Part shown: positions 60,611 through 64,000 of the stretch, piece by piece
Layout: each line of letters starts with the position of its first letter
How positions within the stretch are numbered: the stretch's first letter is position 1
DNA from: Vitrella brassicaformis CCMP3155
Lineage: Eukaryota; Protista; Chromerida
Reading direction: 5' to 3'
NCBI GenBank assembly: GCA_001179505.1
Contig: CDMY01000878.1
Coordinates: forward strand, 124,001-188,000
DNA length: 64,000 nucleotides
The notes under the pieces: model-generated
What the model was told of the DNA's origin: nothing
Seen by the model: the letters and a program-made list of their open reading frames with translations, nothing else
Database searches by the model: none
Made by a program: the position numbers and the translations under genes

Positions 60611-62252
60611 ATGGCGCCACCTCCTATCGAGAGGACAATGGTGAGTGAGAACACAGGAGATGGATGGCAGCTGGCTGCGAGTCAATGTAATGGATGTATG
60701 TGTGTATCTCTCTGGATGGCCGGCTGCATGGTCAGAGCGTATCAAGCTGGGCATTGAGTCGGGGCTTGTTCCCACCACAGGTACGGTACGCAGGAAGACA
60801 CAGAGAAGCAGGCAGGCAGGCAGGCAGGCAGGCATTGTGACTTCGATTGATGTGGCGTGCAGGTCAATCTCCCGGGTACTGCCATCAACCTGTGTCTGCA
60901 CATGAAGGACTTGCCACTGAGGGACGACCTGGTCAAGCTGTTCGAGTCGCATCTCCTCCAGTACCACAGAATGAGGTACTTAGCAGACAAACAAACGTTT
61001 GTCGTCTGATTGTCGATTCCGTCCTTCAGGTCAGTGCCTTCGGGCTGGTCCTGGCGCGAGGTCCCTGTCACGGTTCAAGCGCATTTCACCGAGCACACCG
61101 TCCGATCCACAGAGGACCTTCACAGCACGATCGAAGCCGTTATGGACCGGCCGCTCGACAAGACGCGCCCACTTTGGGAGGTGCACCTAATGTCTGCCGT
61201 CGCAAGAACCGACACGTCGTCATCGTGCCTGGTGCTCCGCATCGACCACGCCATCGCTGACGGCCTGGGCGTCTTCATGTTGCTGCACCAGTGCGGCTTC
61301 ATCCGAACCCAGGCCAAGGACGAGGTGCTTCCTCTTTTGGACCTCATAGGTATCAGAGCCGACACCCACACTCCTGCGACATCCACCGGCACTTCCGAGA
61401 GCGGGACAGAGAGCGAGTGGACAAAGGTGGGCGGGCGAGAGCAGCAGCCCCTCGTGCAGGGCAGGCGTCGGAGTCGGACGTGGTTCCAGTGGGCGGTTGG
61501 CGTTTACCACTTCATCCACGCCTTGGTGGCTGCTATTGGCCACACGCTGGGCAGGTACGACGGCAGCTTCTCATTCAATGGGGGGCTGGGCCGCAGGAAA
61601 AGGCTCACCTATGGGCGGCGAAAGGTAACGCACCGACATACAGACAGACAGACAGACAGGGACATGGACGATGTGGTGGAGTGATCGGTGCCTGTGCCTG
61701 TGTCAGCTCGTCGTATTTCCGTCTCTGCGTCTGTCGTACCTGAAAGCCATCAAGAAGGCTGCAGGGGACGTGTCCCTCACCGATGTGCTGCTCGCGATAT
61801 TCACTGGGGCGATCAGGAGGTGAGGTGGGGGCAATGTGAAACTGAATCGTTGGAGAGTACGTATTCGTGGCTGGTGGCTGGTGGCTGGTGGCTGATTGTT
61901 GTGTAGATATGGAGGTCTTGTTGACGACCCCCTGCTGAAGTCTGAGGGTGGGACAGCCCTCCTGCGGGCGCTCACAGCCTTCGCCCTACCGAGACTACAG
62001 ATGGCGCTGCCAAGGTCGGCTGGCTAAGTAGAACATCTCTCTCCCGGTGTAGTCTTCCGTGTATGCATTCATTTTGTAACCAACCCTCTGCAGGTCGCTC
62101 GATGATGATGTGCCCGCGAGCCGTGTGCTGCGTCAGGGCTTCATGGTGGTGTCCACACAGCTGCCCATACACATCACGGACGCCAAGGAGAGGCTCATGC
62201 AAATGGCACAGGTGACTGAGGGAGGGGGGTGCGTGCGTGAATCGCTTACCCG

Positions 62253-62292
<40 letters not shown>

Positions 62293-62758
62293 TTCAGGAA
62301 ACGGCCAGTTTGAAGAGTCGGCAGCAGCCGACGGCGACATACCGTGTGCTGGCTGCCGTGGGCCAGCTGGCGCCCTGGTCTGTCACGTCACGGCTACTCC
62401 TGGGCTACTTCGCACGCCACTCTTTCGTCGCCTCCAATGTCCCCGGACCGCGGCAACTGTGCACATTCGCCGGGAAACCTGTCCACGACGTGCAGGTGAG
62501 CTGACGAAGCCACACAGGCACTAAAATCAATACGTCTGTAGCTATGTGTGTGGGTGTGTGTGTGTGACACAGGTGGTGTATCCAGATCTGCTGCCGCAGC
62601 TGTTTTTCTTGAGCTACGCCGGGCGCGTGCGATCCAATCTCATCGTGGACCCGGACCTGTGGCCGCAGTATGACCAGCTGGGGGCTCTGGTCGTGGCTGA
62701 GGCGCGGGAGCTGGCGAGGGCTGTCGGGGTGACGCACGGAGACCCCCTACAAGACTAG
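60611..62758 (+). CDS. Wax ester synthase / diacylglycerol acyltransferase (WS/DGAT)
   Basis: MAPPPIERTM|SVSSWALSRGLFPPQ|VNLPGTAINL; PLDKTRPLWEVHL; LRIDHAIADG; SLTDVLLAIFTGAIRR; SFVASNVPGP; FLSYAGRV. Confidence 0.9.
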
Positions 62759-64000
62759 AACAGAACCAAGTGAAGTCCTGGCTGTTTTTCTCTTTTTGAT
62801 GCATGAGTCGTAATTTTGTGACTGTAAGTATCAGCTTTATGCATCTCACAAAGCGTCAGATGTCAGTCGCATTTTTCGTAGGCGCTTTATGACGCCTTTG
62901 CGCTTTTTTCCGTGGCACGGCGCTGTGCGCGCTGTCGTGACTGATGCGGGGGGCATGTTGTGGCGCATGTTGACAATGAATGGCGAGGCCCACGGTGTCA
63001 ACTGTACTGTGCTGGACGCTTATATCGCTTCGTGTGTCTGGGTGGGTGTGACACTTTCCTGACCCCCTGGGCCTTATCTGATGCACTGAATGATGACCAT
63101 TGGATTGTTTGGAGGGGCCAAGACGCACACGCCAACATACTCGTGAAAGACTACGGACTTCAAGGGAGCTCTCTGTTGTGGCTGGATGGATGTATGTGTG
63201 TGTGGTGAGTGAATGACTGAATGACATTGATTGCATTTGATCGATGTGTTAACCAATGGTAGTCCGCATTGGCTGGCTTGCATGAACGGACCATCTTTGT
63301 GGTCTGACCTGCGTGTTCAGCGGGGAGAGAAGGAGGCCAGCCAGCCAGCCAGACAGACAGACAGACAGGCACTGGTTGGAGTGAGCCACTCCCACGCCGA
63401 CTGGATGTCACTGACGTGGATGCCTACGTGCATGGAAAGCCAGAAACCTGTCGTTGCATGACACACTGGATGGATGGATGGATATGAGTGTGTGCACCTA
63501 TGAGTTTGTCTGTCTGTCTGCAGTCATCACGACGAACACACACGCACAGCCATTCATGACACACATACATTCAGCATGCACGTACTGTACAGTGAACAAC
63601 GTGAGCTGCTCTTTCACCGAAAGCAATTCATCCAAAGTGGGCCGGGCTCACTGCGGGTGAATGATGTGACTTCCGAAGTGCCCTGTGAGCCAATCGGGAG
63701 GGCTCCCTCGCCCCCATCTGCCAACTCAGCTGATCGATGCGAGCCTGAGAAACGTGCCGAGAACAACAGACATTCCCCGGTGCGCCATTGGAGGCACAGT
63801 GCGGCCCTGGAGCGGATGCCCAGGCCCTCTTGCTGAGCGGACGAGTCCGTTTCCATCGCTCAGCCGCTTCTCGTGTGCAAACTGATCCATCAGCGGCTTA
63901 TCGTCACTGCCGAACGCCAATAGCCGAACGCACCACGTAGCGGCCTCTCGTCCGACGGTGAGTCGGAAGATGCGGCGATTGGCACATTCACAAACAGACT

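Noticed and set aside
24789-62758. Lipin, WS/DGAT and a sterol-type dehydrogenase in one window as a lipid gene cluster
   Set aside because: They are tens of kb apart with unrelated genes between them; nothing indicates co-regulation beyond chance.
1-64000. CRISPR arrays, rRNA/tRNA genes, transposase or reverse-transcriptase ORFs
   Set aside because: None recognised by eye; repeats are simple microsatellites plus the local 35.8-39.2 kb duplication. tRNAscan-SE and RepeatMasker were not run.

Overview
Intron-rich eukaryotic genomic DNA with short GT-AG introns full of (GT)n/(CA)n/(GACA)n microsatellites and two 300-N assembly gaps. Intron style, plastid-type bipartite presequences and alveolate-like genes suggest a chromerid alga such as Vitrella brassicaformis; this is inference only. 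About 20 spliced genes were reconstructed by hand: 3beta-HSD/NSDHL-like SDR, cellulose-synthase-like GT2, an ammonium transporter with a long C2-domain tail, HEN1, three F-box-like proteins (two ending in a PIP box), lipin, PPIL4, a pore-less voltage-sensor-like 4-TM protein, a cluster of MGQG-start paralogs, DDX11/Chl1, a CPYC GST, a PTEN-like protein, a mitochondrial-carrier-fold protein with a plastid-type leader, a Zn-ribbon/HIT-like protein, a PAM2 protein and WS/DGAT. Most interesting: (1) the AMT-C2 fusion; (2) nine head-to-head gene pairs with only 74-306 bp between start codons, six of which carry a YGCGAGCTHA motif, which also lies upstream of the carrier gene; (3) the F-box + C-terminal PIP-box family; (4) a motif-divergent GT2 whose ED motif appears only after splicing a GC-AG intron. 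Exon boundaries and some start codons are manual estimates and no database search was run.
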